Part shown: one piece after another, positions 31,461 through 41,872 of the stretch | How the letters are laid out: each line of letters opens with the position of its first letter | Numbering within the stretch: position 1 is the stretch's first letter | Assembly (NCBI GenBank): GCA_020348445.1 | Contig: CP070751.1 | Span: 2,297,406 to 2,361,405, forward strand | Origin: Thermoplasmata archaeon | Lineage (GTDB): Archaea > Thermoplasmatota > Thermoplasmata > GCA-020350865 | Length of the DNA: 64,000 bases | Direction of reading: 5' to 3' | The notes under the pieces: generated by a model | What the model was told of the DNA's origin: nothing | Seen by the model: the letters and a program-made list of their open reading frames with translations, nothing else | Databases searched by the model: none | Made by a program: the position numbers and the translations under genes

Positions 31461-31530
31461 GGGGCTCGCAAAAAGTGGTATGTTGGCAACGAATTGAGAG
31501 ACCAGTGGAAACTTCAGAGGTGAGGGTTGG
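31461..31530 (+). repeat. Degenerate repeat A copy
   Basis: GGGGCTCGCAAAAAGTGGTATGTTGG...ACCAGTGGAAAC...GAGGTGAGGGTTGG, 27 nt after a stop codon. Confidence 0.55.
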
Positions 31531-31664
31531 GGTGGGATGCAAAATAGTAATATTATTCCTGAGCCAAACATATAAATAAACATAACTACATTACTGGCTT
31601 GGTAATAAAAAGAACTGCCAGATGAGACAATCTCAAAAGTACCAATTCAAGGAGGGAGAGAGAT

Positions 31665-34613
31665 ATGAGAAAAATAAAGGCAATAAGATTGATATTGACA
31701 GTAATATCCACTTTTGTTTTGGTGATAAGTGTGGTTGCGGCTGTATATGGTACAAATGGTACCATGATGAAAGAGTCCGAGCCCATGCAGCTCGAGATCA
31801 ATCAGCAATCTCAACCACAAGCAGAAACCCACCTAGGGGAAACAGTTATCGAGAACGAAGAAAACCCTGTTTATGAATCTGAGAAAGGCGATCCTGGGGA
31901 ATCGAAGATAATCGAGGGCAACATAGAAAATAAAGTAATCACCGTTGGGGAAGAAGAGAGCAATATGCTATCCAACGGACCGCCTTCTACTTCAGAATCA
32001 AATCCTATACCCTTTAGCACTTACGATTATGTGATCATTACTACAAACGATATTGTGGCAAACAGTGAGAGACTTGGCAATTTTGTCTATTTTAAGGAAC
32101 TGATAGGACATAGCGTCCTGGTCGTTACAGAGGATGATTACGACGTGCTCACTGGCCCACCGCCAAATGGCAGGGCAGAGAAGATCAGACAATGGTTGAT
32201 TGACAACGAGCCCACAATGGGGATAGATTACGTCCTGTTGATTGGAAATCCAGATCCCGATGAGCCCCTGGATCCAGCAGATTCTGTAGGTGATTTGCCA
32301 ATGAAGGCCACAATGTACGGCTACTTCGATCAGAGCCAGAGCAATATTCCAACGGACATGTACTATGCCGAGCTGGAAGGCGATTGGGACCTTGATGGTG
32401 ACGGGTACTATGCCGAAAATGTAGATTTCAACAATCCCGAAACACCCGATCCCATCAATATCAATACCGACTATTTCTCTGCACGATGGGAAGGGTACGT
32501 TTATTGCGATTTCACAGAGGAGTACGAATGGCAGACTTTCACGGACGGTGGTGTGAAGCTCTGGATAGATGGTGTTAAGATCATCGACAACTGGGACCCA
32601 TTCAGCGAGCATGGCCCCGAAAATGACAAGGTTATGAGGGACATGACTGCAGGCTACCATACTATCAAGGTCGAATACAAGGAGCATACTGGTGACGCCA
32701 TCATGAGGCTCTATTACAGGACAAATGTGAGTTCAAGCGATCCAAATCACGTGGGCCGTCAGATCATACCCCTGGACCATCTAAGGAACGAGACAGATAC
32801 TGCCGACGGCCTCACCGGCAGATACTTCAACAACATAGATCTAACAGGTCCGCCTGATCTTTACAGACCCGATAACGAGGAGGTCAATTTCATCTGGGGG
32901 ACCGGAGACAGGCATCCTAATGGACCCCAGAACGATGCCGATGTCTGGGTTGGCAGGATACCTGTCTACGATAGCGACTATGAAGAACTGGATAGCATCC
33001 TGGGCAAGATCATTCAGTACGAAACCGACCCTGGGGATATCAGCTGGAGGGAGTCCATTCTCATACCTGTATGGCCCCTAACCGACACCACCCCCGCCTA
33101 TCAGTACGGCGAGGAGGTGCTCAACGATTATGCAATCCCTGCCGGATTCTCATACTACCGGATATACAAGGAGGACTACTCCCCAGTGGGAGGACCCACA
33201 CCTGAGGATTGGCCCACCTCTTGGACCAAAGTTTTAGGTGAATGGCAAAATTGTTACGGGGCCGTGACGTGGTGGACCCACGGCAGCGAAACAACTGCAT
33301 CTAATATATTCTCCTCGTCAAAGGCTCAATACCTAAACGATTCAAAACCATCCTTTACTTTCCAGAACTCTTGCGGCAACGCAGATCCCGAGACCACAAA
33401 CAACCTGGCGTATGCAATCCTGAAAAACGGTGGAATAGCTACTGTAGGATCAACCAGGGGTTCAACTGGCTCCCGTGGTAACTGGACCTATGACTCTTCA
33501 AAGTATGCCAATCCCAATTTTGGTTACGCGTACTTTAAACATGTCATCCAGGACGGCTGGCCAGCAGGCAAAGCCCTGGTTGAGGCCAAGAAACCCACGG
33601 GCAGTATACACAATAACGAACTGAACTACAACCTCTTTGGAGATCCCGAGACTTACCTTCTGCTTACGTTCCCTAATCATCCACCAGTTGCGGATGCAAA
33701 CGGACCTTATTCTGCAGATGAAGGCACCACTGTTGTATTTGACGGATCAGGTTCATACGATCCCGAAGGCGATCCGCTTGAGTTCAGGTGGGACCTAGAC
33801 GGTGACGGGAATTGGGACACAAACTGGTCGTCAAGTGCCACAGTTACCTTTACATGGGGCGACGACTACACGGGTAATATCAATCTTCAGGTGAGGGACC
33901 TGCTTGGACTCAAAGGCGAAGATACCACGACTGTGACAGTGAACAATGTTGCGCCCACAATTGAAGAAATAAAAGCATACATAACGGTCAACTTCACGCT
34001 GCGCATAGCAGGTGAGAAGTGGCACAACGTCGAGCTGTTCGTCTTAGAGGACGGTACCCAGATTGGCTACGCTGAGGTGGTGCGCTATCCAGGAAGCCCA
34101 GACGACCAAGCTGTAACAATCACAGCAATATGCGATGTCACCAAGGTCATTTCAGTTAAGGTCCTGTACACACCTTTGAATGATACTGTCAACGGCCAAA
34201 TAAATGGTGCAACTCCCTGTTGGGTGAACATCTCCTTTGAGGATGGTGGTTATAACCGTTCTCATCATACCTTCAACGTCAAGCATCCAGATACCTGGGA
34301 ATGGATAATTGGTGTGAACAAGTACTTTGTTGGTCATGAGATAACATTTGAATCCACTGCATCCGACCCCGGAAGCGATGATCTAACTTTTACCTGGTTC
34401 TGGGATGATTTGACTCCTGATACAGTGACCACCTACTTCAATAATGGAGTTAGTCCAGATCCATACCCAAGTCCAGGTGGAATTTATCCTGTTTCGCAGT
34501 TTGATCAACATGGGCACACTTTTTATGCCAACGGGAATTACAATGTCCAGCTGACAGTGACCGACGATGATGGTGACAGTACGAGTGTTGTCATAGTTGT
34601 TATCTTGATTTAG
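31665..34613 (+). CDS. Secreted C25 (gingipain-like) peptidase paralog with permuted PA14 insertion and PKD domains
   Basis: SD GGAGG; same architecture as 16668-19604; catalytic 'WWTHGS' and 'QNSCGN'. Confidence 0.88.
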   Translation: MRKIKAIRLILTVISTFVLVISVVAAVYGTNGTMMKESEPMQLEINQQSQPQAETHLGETVIENEENPVYESEKGDPGESKIIEGNIENKVITVGEEESNMLSNGPPSTSESNPIPFSTYDYVIITTNDIVANSERLGNFVYFKELIGHSVLVVTEDDYDVLTGPPPNGRAEKIRQWLIDNEPTMGIDYVLLIGNPDPDEPLDPADSVGDLPMKATMYGYFDQSQSNIPTDMYYAELEGDWDLDGDGYYAENVDFNNPETPDPININTDYFSARWEGYVYCDFTEEYEWQTFTDGGVKLWIDGVKIIDNWDPFSEHGPENDKVMRDMTAGYHTIKVEYKEHTGDAIMRLYYRTNVSSSDPNHVGRQIIPLDHLRNETDTADGLTGRYFNNIDLTGPPDLYRPDNEEVNFIWGTGDRHPNGPQNDADVWVGRIPVYDSDYEELDSILGKIIQYETDPGDISWRESILIPVWPLTDTTPAYQYGEEVLNDYAIPAGFSYYRIYKEDYSPVGGPTPEDWPTSWTKVLGEWQNCYGAVTWWTHGSETTASNIFSSSKAQYLNDSKPSFTFQNSCGNADPETTNNLAYAILKNGGIATVGSTRGSTGSRGNWTYDSSKYANPNFGYAYFKHVIQDGWPAGKALVEAKKPTGSIHNNELNYNLFGDPETYLLLTFPNHPPVADANGPYSADEGTTVVFDGSGSYDPEGDPLEFRWDLDGDGNWDTNWSSSATVTFTWGDDYTGNINLQVRDLLGLKGEDTTTVTVNNVAPTIEEIKAYITVNFTLRIAGEKWHNVELFVLEDGTQIGYAEVVRYPGSPDDQAVTITAICDVTKVISVKVLYTPLNDTVNGQINGATPCWVNISFEDGGYNRSHHTFNVKHPDTWEWIIGVNKYFVGHEITFESTASDPGSDDLTFTWFWDDLTPDTVTTYFNNGVSPDPYPSPGGIYPVSQFDQHGHTFYANGNYNVQLTVTDDDGDSTSVVIVVILI

Positions 34614-34638
34614 TAGTAATTACAGTCCTTTAGAATTT

Positions 34639-34677
34639 GGGCGCGCAAAAAAGGACGTGTCAGTGGATTGGGAGGCC
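34639..34677 (+). repeat. Truncated repeat A copy
   Basis: GGGCGCGCAAAAAAGGACGTGTCAGTGGATTGGGAGGCC, 26 nt after the stop of 31665-34613. Confidence 0.85.
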
Positions 34678-34724
34678 ATATGACAACAAATGTAGGGGTG
34701 AGGTGAAATAATATGCATATGCTT

Positions 34725-36047
34725 TTAGCAGATCCTCTGAGATGAGATCGAAGAAATAACATTCCCTTTCGAATCATAGATGGTGTTAACACTCAGTTCA
34801 ATATCTATCTTTTTACCATCCTTGGTCATTATTTTCATTTCTTTATTTCTCAATTTTCCTGTTTTGGCCCATTCATCGAAGCATTCCCTAGCATAAGCCT
34901 TGGATTCTTCCGCATATATACTTAAAAGAGGCATACCTATGAGTTCATCTCTTGAATAGCCCAGTGTTTTTATTGCCATATCATTGCATTCTAAAATTTT
35001 CCCCTCTGGGCTGACCCTATAGAATAGATCGGGTGAGGTATTGAAAGTTGTGCGATATATTTCTTCGCTCATTAGTAACGCTTCCTCCGTCTTTATTTTT
35101 GCCCATGCAAAGGAGAGCTCTTCAGCCAGCTCTTCAAGAAGGTGAATCTCCTCTTCATCAATTTCATACTCTGATTTAGAGCACATGGTCAATACCCCCA
35201 CAATAGAATCCTGATATTTCATGGGAATAAGTATTGTTTGATGTTCTTCCTCTTGCTCATAGTACCCACATGTGGCACAATATCCTTCATTGCTTCTCAT
35301 CCTCTGGTTAGATTGGGATTTCAATACGGCCTTGATACACTCGGGTGCTTCACCTTCACCATCAGGCCCTATTTCCCAGGTACTCTGTTGATGCTTTCCA
35401 CTGTGTGCTAGGGGTACTATTTTGCCACTGTTATCATCCAGAACAGCAATGGCTATATCCATGTAATCCCTCGTTTCGATCAATTTATCACATGACTTTT
35501 GCATAAGTGAAGATAATTCTGATTCGCGGCCGATTATTTGTCCTATTTCCTTTATTGAAAATAGCAAACTATTCAGATACCTGATCCGTTCTTCAGTCAG
35601 TTTGTTCAAGGTGATATCCCGGACAATGCCAAGCATACGAATTGCCTTCCCATTCTCATCCCTAATGACGTCTCCTGTTTCAGAAACCCAGCGCACGGTG
35701 CCATCTGGCCAGACGATTCGATGTTCGATTGCGTATTCTTTACCATCTTTAACACAGGCATCTACAGAATCCTGAACAAATTGTCTATCATCCGAATGAA
35801 CGCTACCTAAAAATGCATCATAGGTAGCGCCGAATTTACCCTTATTGAATCCAAACATGGGTTCGATTGTTTCGGACCAGTGCAGATCTCCGGTGAGAAT
35901 GTCCCAATCCCAACTGCCGATATTGGCTGCTCTTTGTGCCAATTTATATCTCTCTTCACTTCTTTTCAGCGCCTCCTCCACCTTCTTTTGCGCAGTGATG
36001 TCTTTAGGTTTCTCGACCTTTGTTTTAGAATCCTTATTCTTCTCCAT
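34725..36047 (-). pseudogene. PAS/PAC-GAF-PAS sensor protein, apparently 3'-truncated (no kinase or output domain)
   Basis: Minus strand (track says +; ATG is the reverse complement of CAT 36045-47). 'AANIGSWDWDI', 'VHSDDR', 'RDIT', GAF 'VGVLTM...LLEELAEEL', second PAS ends '..ISSQRIC*' where an RDIT-type motif is expected. Confidence 0.7.
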
Positions 36048-36180
36048 TTACTTCCCCCTTCTTTTTTCCTTCCCGGAATCCCCACTTTCCGAAAAGGCAA
36101 TTCTCTAATCTGCTCGGTTGTATATAATATTTCTGTTAGTTATTGTACAGATTCTGAATCTTTATTCAGATGTTTATTAA

Positions 36181-39100
36181 CTATATTGTCTTCAGTTCCC
36201 TAAGTCTATCCTTATACTTTTCTTCGAGAAGTGTTAATTGAATGTAGGTCAATCGTTCCTTTTCAGTATCAACTTTAATTTCGGTATCTATATCGATTAA
36301 TTCCGAAACAGATGTACTTTCATCAAGGCGGCGTTTGTACTTGCGGTACAGCCGCTTTTTTCGAGTAATGACCATGGAACCCAAGATCACTGCACCGATA
36401 CCCATTAATATACCCATGACCAGTTCACCTATCTCGAATTCCACACCCCAGAACCTTATCAGGTTCGGGTCTTTTTGAACTTTCGGATCCAATGGTGCGT
36501 AGTCATCGTAATCGGGCACACCGTCGTTATCATCATCAAAATCCGCATTATTGGCTATCCCATCCATATCTGTATCCAAGGGCACACTAGTGTTATCCTT
36601 GGGATCGGATCCCGCAGCCTCTTCGATATAATTTGACCAGCCGTCATTATCGTCATCATCGTCCATGTCATCAGGGATATTATCTCCATCAAAATCGGGA
36701 GGGTGGTCATTGGCATCGTGGATGTCTGTTCCGTAACTGCGCTCCAGATCATCGGAAAAACCGTCATTATCATCATCATCATCGGCATTGTCCCCGATGC
36801 TATCGTTATCAGAATCCTGCCATTCGGTCCTGTCTTTAGGGAATTGGTCACTGTTATCTCCCCAGCCGTCATTATCGAGGTCCCTCCATTCTGTTGGATC
36901 ATCTGGGAAAGCATCATCGAACTGATCCCCGTGTCTGTCGCCATCTGAGTCAACGTATTCGAAGGGATCCCAAGGTAAGTCCTCACTATTATCTCCCCAC
37001 CCATCACCGTCGCTATCGACCCATTCAAATCCATTATCTGGAAAAGCATCTATAAAGTCTGGGTATCCATCGTTGTCATTGTCCGGTTTAAAATCTATAC
37101 AGTTTCTATTCAATCTTATAGTAAAGGAATTACTATCTTCATTTACAAAGGCAAGATCAAGATCAATATCATTATCCACATCACCCAGGATAGTGGATCT
37201 GACACGGGATATAGTTGGATAATCCTCCCTAAAGTAAAAACCGCCCTTTCCGTTATTTTTATAGACCGTAATTGAGTGGCCATAATAGTTACCAATGATT
37301 AAGTCTTGATCACTATCTGAATCTATATCTCCCAAACACATAGATCGCGGGTATTCTCCCACAGGATAGTCCGTCTTCGTACCAAAATTACCTAAACCAT
37401 CGTTTTTTAGGATCGAGACACTTTCACTCCAAGCATTTCCTACAATAATATCTAAATCTCCATCACTCTCCACATCACCGAATATAACTGCTTGTGGATT
37501 ATCACCTACTGGATAATCGCGACTCCACGAGAATTCACCAGCACCATTATTTCTAAATACTACTACCTCATCATCTTCGGTATCTGCCACTACAATATCC
37601 ATATCATTATCTTCATTGATATCTCCCATATAGATTGCGCTTGGATTATCGAGTCCATCGAGACCACCATAATTTTTTTCATTCCCGAAACCCCCTATTC
37701 CATTGTTAATACGAACAGAAAGATCATTGTCATTTTTGTTCAAAGTAACCATATCTATAAAATTATCCCCATTGACCTCTGCTAGATATAATATTGGGCC
37801 CGAACCCATTAAATATTTATATTGAGATCCAAAGATCCCAGTCCCATCATTTTTTCTAAGCGAAACATATCCAGAGGAGGCAGTCCCTCCACCTGAGTAG
37901 AATAGATCTAGATCTCCATCATTATTTATATCGCCCAATGCAACTGTATTTGGACGGTTCCAGTCATCTACTGTATAATCGGTTCTTTCACCGAAATTTC
38001 CATGGCCATCATTAAAATATACTGATATTGTACTGCTTCCATAATTAGCGATGACAATATCAGATATATCATCTCCATCGATATCGCCCATAAATAAAGA
38101 ACGTGGTCCAGATTCCATAGGATAATGTGTTTCTATATTGAACCAACCATGACCTTCATTTATCAGTATTGAGATTCTATCCGGTTTTGGCCTACCATTA
38201 GGAACTGCAATATCCAGATCACCATCCTTATCAATATCACCTAAGTCAAATAACCTAGGATATCCGCGCCCCACTTTAAACTCTAACTTGGCCTTGAACG
38301 AACCGTCTCCAGAGTTAATAAATATTCCGACAATATTCTCTAGATTTAATTTTTTTGTTATTAATACATCCAAGTCACTATCACCATCTATATCATCTAA
38401 ATGTATGAAAGATGGATAATCGCCAGCAGGATAATCAGTTCTATCTGGGAATTTTCCGGTGCCATCGTTCTTTAAAACAGATATTGAATCCTCACCTGGG
38501 TCCAATATAGGTCCCTTGTTCGTCACCACTATATCCTGATCAGAATCTCCATCTATATCACCTAAAGAAATCGAGTATGGGTTATTAAAGTCCGTGTAAT
38601 TGGTTAAATCTACAAATGCCCCCGCTTTATCATTAAATAAAACAACAATTGTATCATTATAGGGTAGTGTGGCCACAATATCAAGATAATTATCTCCATT
38701 TATATCGCCCATGTGAATATCCTCGGGGTGATATCCTACCCAATAATCTTTTAAATTACCATATTGTCCACTTCCATCATTTTTCAAAACCGAGACATTA
38801 TAGTTCCTACTATTAGCGGTTACAATATCTAGATCGGAATCTCCATCCACATCGCCGACATAGAGATGAAATGGCCACTTACCCACCACATAATCTTGTT
38901 CTGATCCGAAATTACCAAAGCCATTGGTGTTGAATCTCACAGTGACACGGTCATCGTAGGGAATGGCGTGAACAATGTCCGGATCGCCATCACCATCGAT
39001 ATCACCCATCATTAATGAGGACTGCCCCGCTACATCTGAATAGGTTGTTTTGTTTTCAAAGTTACCTTTTCCATCATTTGTCATCGTATAGAAATTGTCA

Positions 39101-39321
39101 TCATCCATACTCGCAGTCACAACATCAAGATATCCATCGCGATTGATATCTACTAATGCGACATCCATGCAACATATTCCCATTTTATACCATTGTACAC
39201 TTGTTTCTATTTCTACAGCATCCGCAGGTTCTGATATGAAAGCCAGACCAGAAAAAAGGCTCAAAAACATTCCTATTACTAGCGCACAAACTATACTCCT
39301 ATCCGATTTGATTTTCCACAT
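36181..39321 (-). CDS. Membrane-anchored surface protein with many FG-GAP/VCBS repeats and thrombospondin type-3-like Asp-rich repeats
   Basis: Repeated 'GDIDGDxDxDIVxxN', 'V..N.G.G.F'; then 'D.D.DG..D..DAFP.D..EW.D.D.DG.GDN'; C-terminal TM followed by RKKR. Confidence 0.9.
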   Translation of the reverse strand: MWKIKSDRSIVCALVIGMFLSLFSGLAFISEPADAVEIETSVQWYKMGICCMDVALVDINRDGYLDVVTASMDDDNFYTMTNDGKGNFENKTTYSDVAGQSSLMMGDIDGDGDPDIVHAIPYDDRVTVRFNTNGFGNFGSEQDYVVGKWPFHLYVGDVDGDSDLDIVTANSRNYNVSVLKNDGSGQYGNLKDYWVGYHPEDIHMGDINGDNYLDIVATLPYNDTIVVLFNDKAGAFVDLTNYTDFNNPYSISLGDIDGDSDQDIVVTNKGPILDPGEDSISVLKNDGTGKFPDRTDYPAGDYPSFIHLDDIDGDSDLDVLITKKLNLENIVGIFINSGDGSFKAKLEFKVGRGYPRLFDLGDIDKDGDLDIAVPNGRPKPDRISILINEGHGWFNIETHYPMESGPRSLFMGDIDGDDISDIVIANYGSSTISVYFNDGHGNFGERTDYTVDDWNRPNTVALGDINNDGDLDLFYSGGGTASSGYVSLRKNDGTGIFGSQYKYLMGSGPILYLAEVNGDNFIDMVTLNKNDNDLSVRINNGIGGFGNEKNYGGLDGLDNPSAIYMGDINEDNDMDIVVADTEDDEVVVFRNNGAGEFSWSRDYPVGDNPQAVIFGDVESDGDLDIIVGNAWSESVSILKNDGLGNFGTKTDYPVGEYPRSMCLGDIDSDSDQDLIIGNYYGHSITVYKNNGKGGFYFREDYPTISRVRSTILGDVDNDIDLDLAFVNEDSNSFTIRLNRNCIDFKPDNDNDGYPDFIDAFPDNGFEWVDSDGDGWGDNSEDLPWDPFEYVDSDGDRHGDQFDDAFPDDPTEWRDLDNDGWGDNSDQFPKDRTEWQDSDNDSIGDNADDDDDNDGFSDDLERSYGTDIHDANDHPPDFDGDNIPDDMDDDDDNDGWSNYIEEAAGSDPKDNTSVPLDTDMDGIANNADFDDDNDGVPDYDDYAPLDPKVQKDPNLIRFWGVEFEIGELVMGILMGIGAVILGSMVITRKKRLYRKYKRRLDESTSVSELIDIDTEIKVDTEKERLTYIQLTLLEEKYKDRLRELKTI

Positions 39322-39535
39322 GTATTACCCCCCCTAAGGGTTTCAATTGTACAATCAGGAAGTTTTTACAAATATAAATATTTTGACATACCTTATTGAA
39401 TCATAGAATTATATTAATAAAACCCAGTGCTAAAACGCTATGCAAATACAATGGAACGTATATGTGTGGTGGCATCAAAGGAGGGAGGCACAGACTGCGG
39501 GAGGTGAAGCGGGTGATGACAATCCGATAAACTCG

Positions 39536-40750
39536 TTACCGTAATCTCCTCCAAAACACATACAACAAAACAGTCATTATTATGACAACAATTCCGATTA
39601 CAATGCCTATTTGTCCAATATTCTCTATTGCACCCTTTGTGGTCTCACCACCATTTTGAGATGAAGACACATTATGCGACTCCAGTATTTGAGTCGCCAG
39701 GGAGAACGAAATTAATAAACCAGTATCGATTCCTTTAAGTAGTTCTTCTTTGCCTCCTGCATATTCTTCCATGGTTTCCAATCTATCTATCGGCGTATGT
39801 TTAAATGCTATCTCATTAAGATCGCGTTCCTCTCGGGGTTTTTCGTTCATACCCCTGAACCAAACCCCAGGGATGCCTCTCTCTATGAAAAATCGATGAT
39901 CACTGGCCCCCACAGTATCGTCCATTACCAGCACCCACTCTGGAGGGTAATCGTATTTGTCATAAGTGATATTTTCTAAAAGTGTACGGAACATCGTGAA
40001 ATTTCCCAATGTTGAATCATTGTATTCTATATCATCGTACCTCGAGAAATCATCAATCGGGGACGTGTATATATTCATCTTATAATATTCCTCAGTTGAT
40101 AAGGGCATATTGTTCTTTACAGGGTAATTCAAACTGAACATATCCAAGTTGATATATGCTATGATGTCAGTCTGCCAAGGTTTATTTTCTAAGAAATACC
40201 TGCTACCAGCTCCTCCACCCTCCTCAGCATCCCATGCCGCAAAAATCATTGAGGTTGGTGGAGTTTGATTCACTACCACTGAGAAAAGCCGTGCTAATTC
40301 TATGACAGTGCCCACTCCTACAGCGTTGTCATAGGCACCGTGTGTGCTGTATTCATGGACATCATAATGACCTCCGATTATCAGACATTTATCTGTATCC
40401 CTCCCTTCTAAATATCCCAGTACGTTTGCTGCACGAACATCTCCATCCTCTCTTTGAGCAGTATATTCCTGGGTAGTCACATTCAAGCCGTATTCTTCAA
40501 AGACAGAGACTATATATGCTTCAGCTTCGCGGTGCCCATCAGTGTCCAAATAACGGTACCACTGAGAAATTACATCGGTTTCATCATAGACATGCTCCGA
40601 TGAAGGGGAAGAACCGTAATCTGACGCCGAGGTGGTAGATGCCTGAACCTTTAAAGCGTAGAGTTTAAAGGAACCAAAGATGACCAAAAAAGAGATTAAA
40701 ATGACCAATGTAGCTTCGTAATCCTGTAGATTCCGAGGCCATCGTTTCAT
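39536..40750 (-). CDS. M28 family zinc peptidase with C-terminal membrane anchor
   Basis: 'GGHYD', 'GAYDNAVG', 'DAEE', 'INLDM', 'SDH', 'HTP.D'; C-terminal TM + RR. Start likely ATG 40750. Confidence 0.88.
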   Translation of the reverse strand: MKRWPRNLQDYEATLVILISFLVIFGSFKLYALKVQASTTSASDYGSSPSSEHVYDETDVISQWYRYLDTDGHREAEAYIVSVFEEYGLNVTTQEYTAQREDGDVRAANVLGYLEGRDTDKCLIIGGHYDVHEYSTHGAYDNAVGVGTVIELARLFSVVVNQTPPTSMIFAAWDAEEGGGAGSRYFLENKPWQTDIIAYINLDMFSLNYPVKNNMPLSTEEYYKMNIYTSPIDDFSRYDDIEYNDSTLGNFTMFRTLLENITYDKYDYPPEWVLVMDDTVGASDHRFFIERGIPGVWFRGMNEKPREERDLNEIAFKHTPIDRLETMEEYAGGKEELLKGIDTGLLISFSLATQILESHNVSSSQNGGETTKGAIENIGQIGIVIGIVVIIMTVLLYVFWRRLR

Positions 40751-41041
40751 TCCGCTCCTCCAAATATGATATAACAAAGCGCACATATGTAAGTTTCGCA
40801 AGTTGTAGCATCTGAGGAAGGAAAGGGGGGGTGGTTCTGGAACGTGTAGGATCCCATGGTCACAGTGGAGGTATTTAAAACATTCCTAAAAAAGGATTTT
40901 TGAGGAAGGACTAGAGGAGTCTACTTTTGCGATAATAATATATGCCAAGATAGCGATAAACAATAAAGGCAAGGCTTGAGCTCTGATGCAAGAACATTGC
41001 ATATGGTTGAAGTAATTATTTGAAACCGGAGATGTAGATTA

Positions 41042-41515
41042 ATGAATAAAGGAGAGATAATAGAGGTGGACCCTCTAGATAAGGATGATACAATAGTCAT
41101 GGGTTTTGATAAGGTCTTTTATTCAAATAAATCATCATACATAGATGTATATTTTTCCAAATCCGCAATCATGATGGTACCAAGTATGTCATCTGGTTTT
41201 TCTGCCTTTGATTCAACAGAAGGTCATAAAACCAATAATGAAATGCAGTATCCTACTGTTATGTCAGAAATCTTTGACAGAATACAAAACCCAACATATT
41301 ATCAAAAGAAGGAGATTGCCAAGATAAAGCTGAAGAAATCGAAAATGATGACAATGGTAACTATAGAATTACACCCAGGAACTGAACTTTATGGCAAGCA
41401 AAAAAGACGAGGAGCCACATTAAGCTTCCTTGGAAAAGATTATGATATTGTTCACTTTGTATTGAATAGTTATTTCAAAGATAAATTGGTTTTATTATCA
41501 AAGAAAATGAGGTAG
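41042..41515 (+). CDS. Hypothetical protein
   Basis: 157-aa ORF with normal composition filling the gap; no family recognised. Confidence 0.6.
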   Translation: MNKGEIIEVDPLDKDDTIVMGFDKVFYSNKSSYIDVYFSKSAIMMVPSMSSGFSAFDSTEGHKTNNEMQYPTVMSEIFDRIQNPTYYQKKEIAKIKLKKSKMMTMVTIELHPGTELYGKQKRRGATLSFLGKDYDIVHFVLNSYFKDKLVLLSKKMR

Positions 41516-41546
41516 AACCTGCTGTTTATATTTTAATTCAGATTTA

Positions 41547-41592
41547 GAGGTTAGGGGATAACAGAGGTTGGGGTGAGGTAATAAAATATGCA
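41547..41592 (+). repeat. Partial repeat A (right half) plus GGGGTGAGGT...AATATGCAT tail
   Basis: GAGGTTAGGGGATAAC resembles GAGGTTAGGGGAAAC; the tail also occurs at ~34695-34720. Confidence 0.5.
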
Positions 41593-41743
41593 TGCAGGTT
41601 TTTGTAAGTCTCCAGTTTTAAATCAAGGTCAAAAGGATATAATTAAATGTTAAAAATATCTTCAATTTACTACAAAAAAATATTACCATTTTGAAAGAAA
41701 TAAATATTCATAATTCGTTCGCGATTTCGAACGGGGGGAGACT

Positions 41744-41835
41744 AAGGAGTAGGTGGAAAAAGATAAGCGAGGACTTGAATTTATGGAAGTCGTGGACTAA
41801 CTCTTATGGTCTTTTTATCTTTTTTCACTTTCCTT
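41744..41835 (+). promoter_or_regulatory. Conserved structured 5' leader (copy 2)
   Basis: GTGGAAAAAGATAA (41753-66) pairs over 14 positions with TTATCTTTTTTCAC (41815-28); inner GACTT/AAGTC hairpin. Confidence 0.55.
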
Positions 41836-41872
41836 TTGTTTAACCTTAAAGATAAATCAGGAGGGAGATGAT

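Noticed and set aside
31495-31530. CCAG(G/T)GGAAAC plus G-string as archaeal ORB (Orc1/Cdc6) origin boxes
   Set aside because: Only one degenerate copy reads CCAGTGGAAAC. The others lack the left half of the ORB dyad, are dispersed in one orientation, and have no cdc6 or AT-rich unwinding element nearby.
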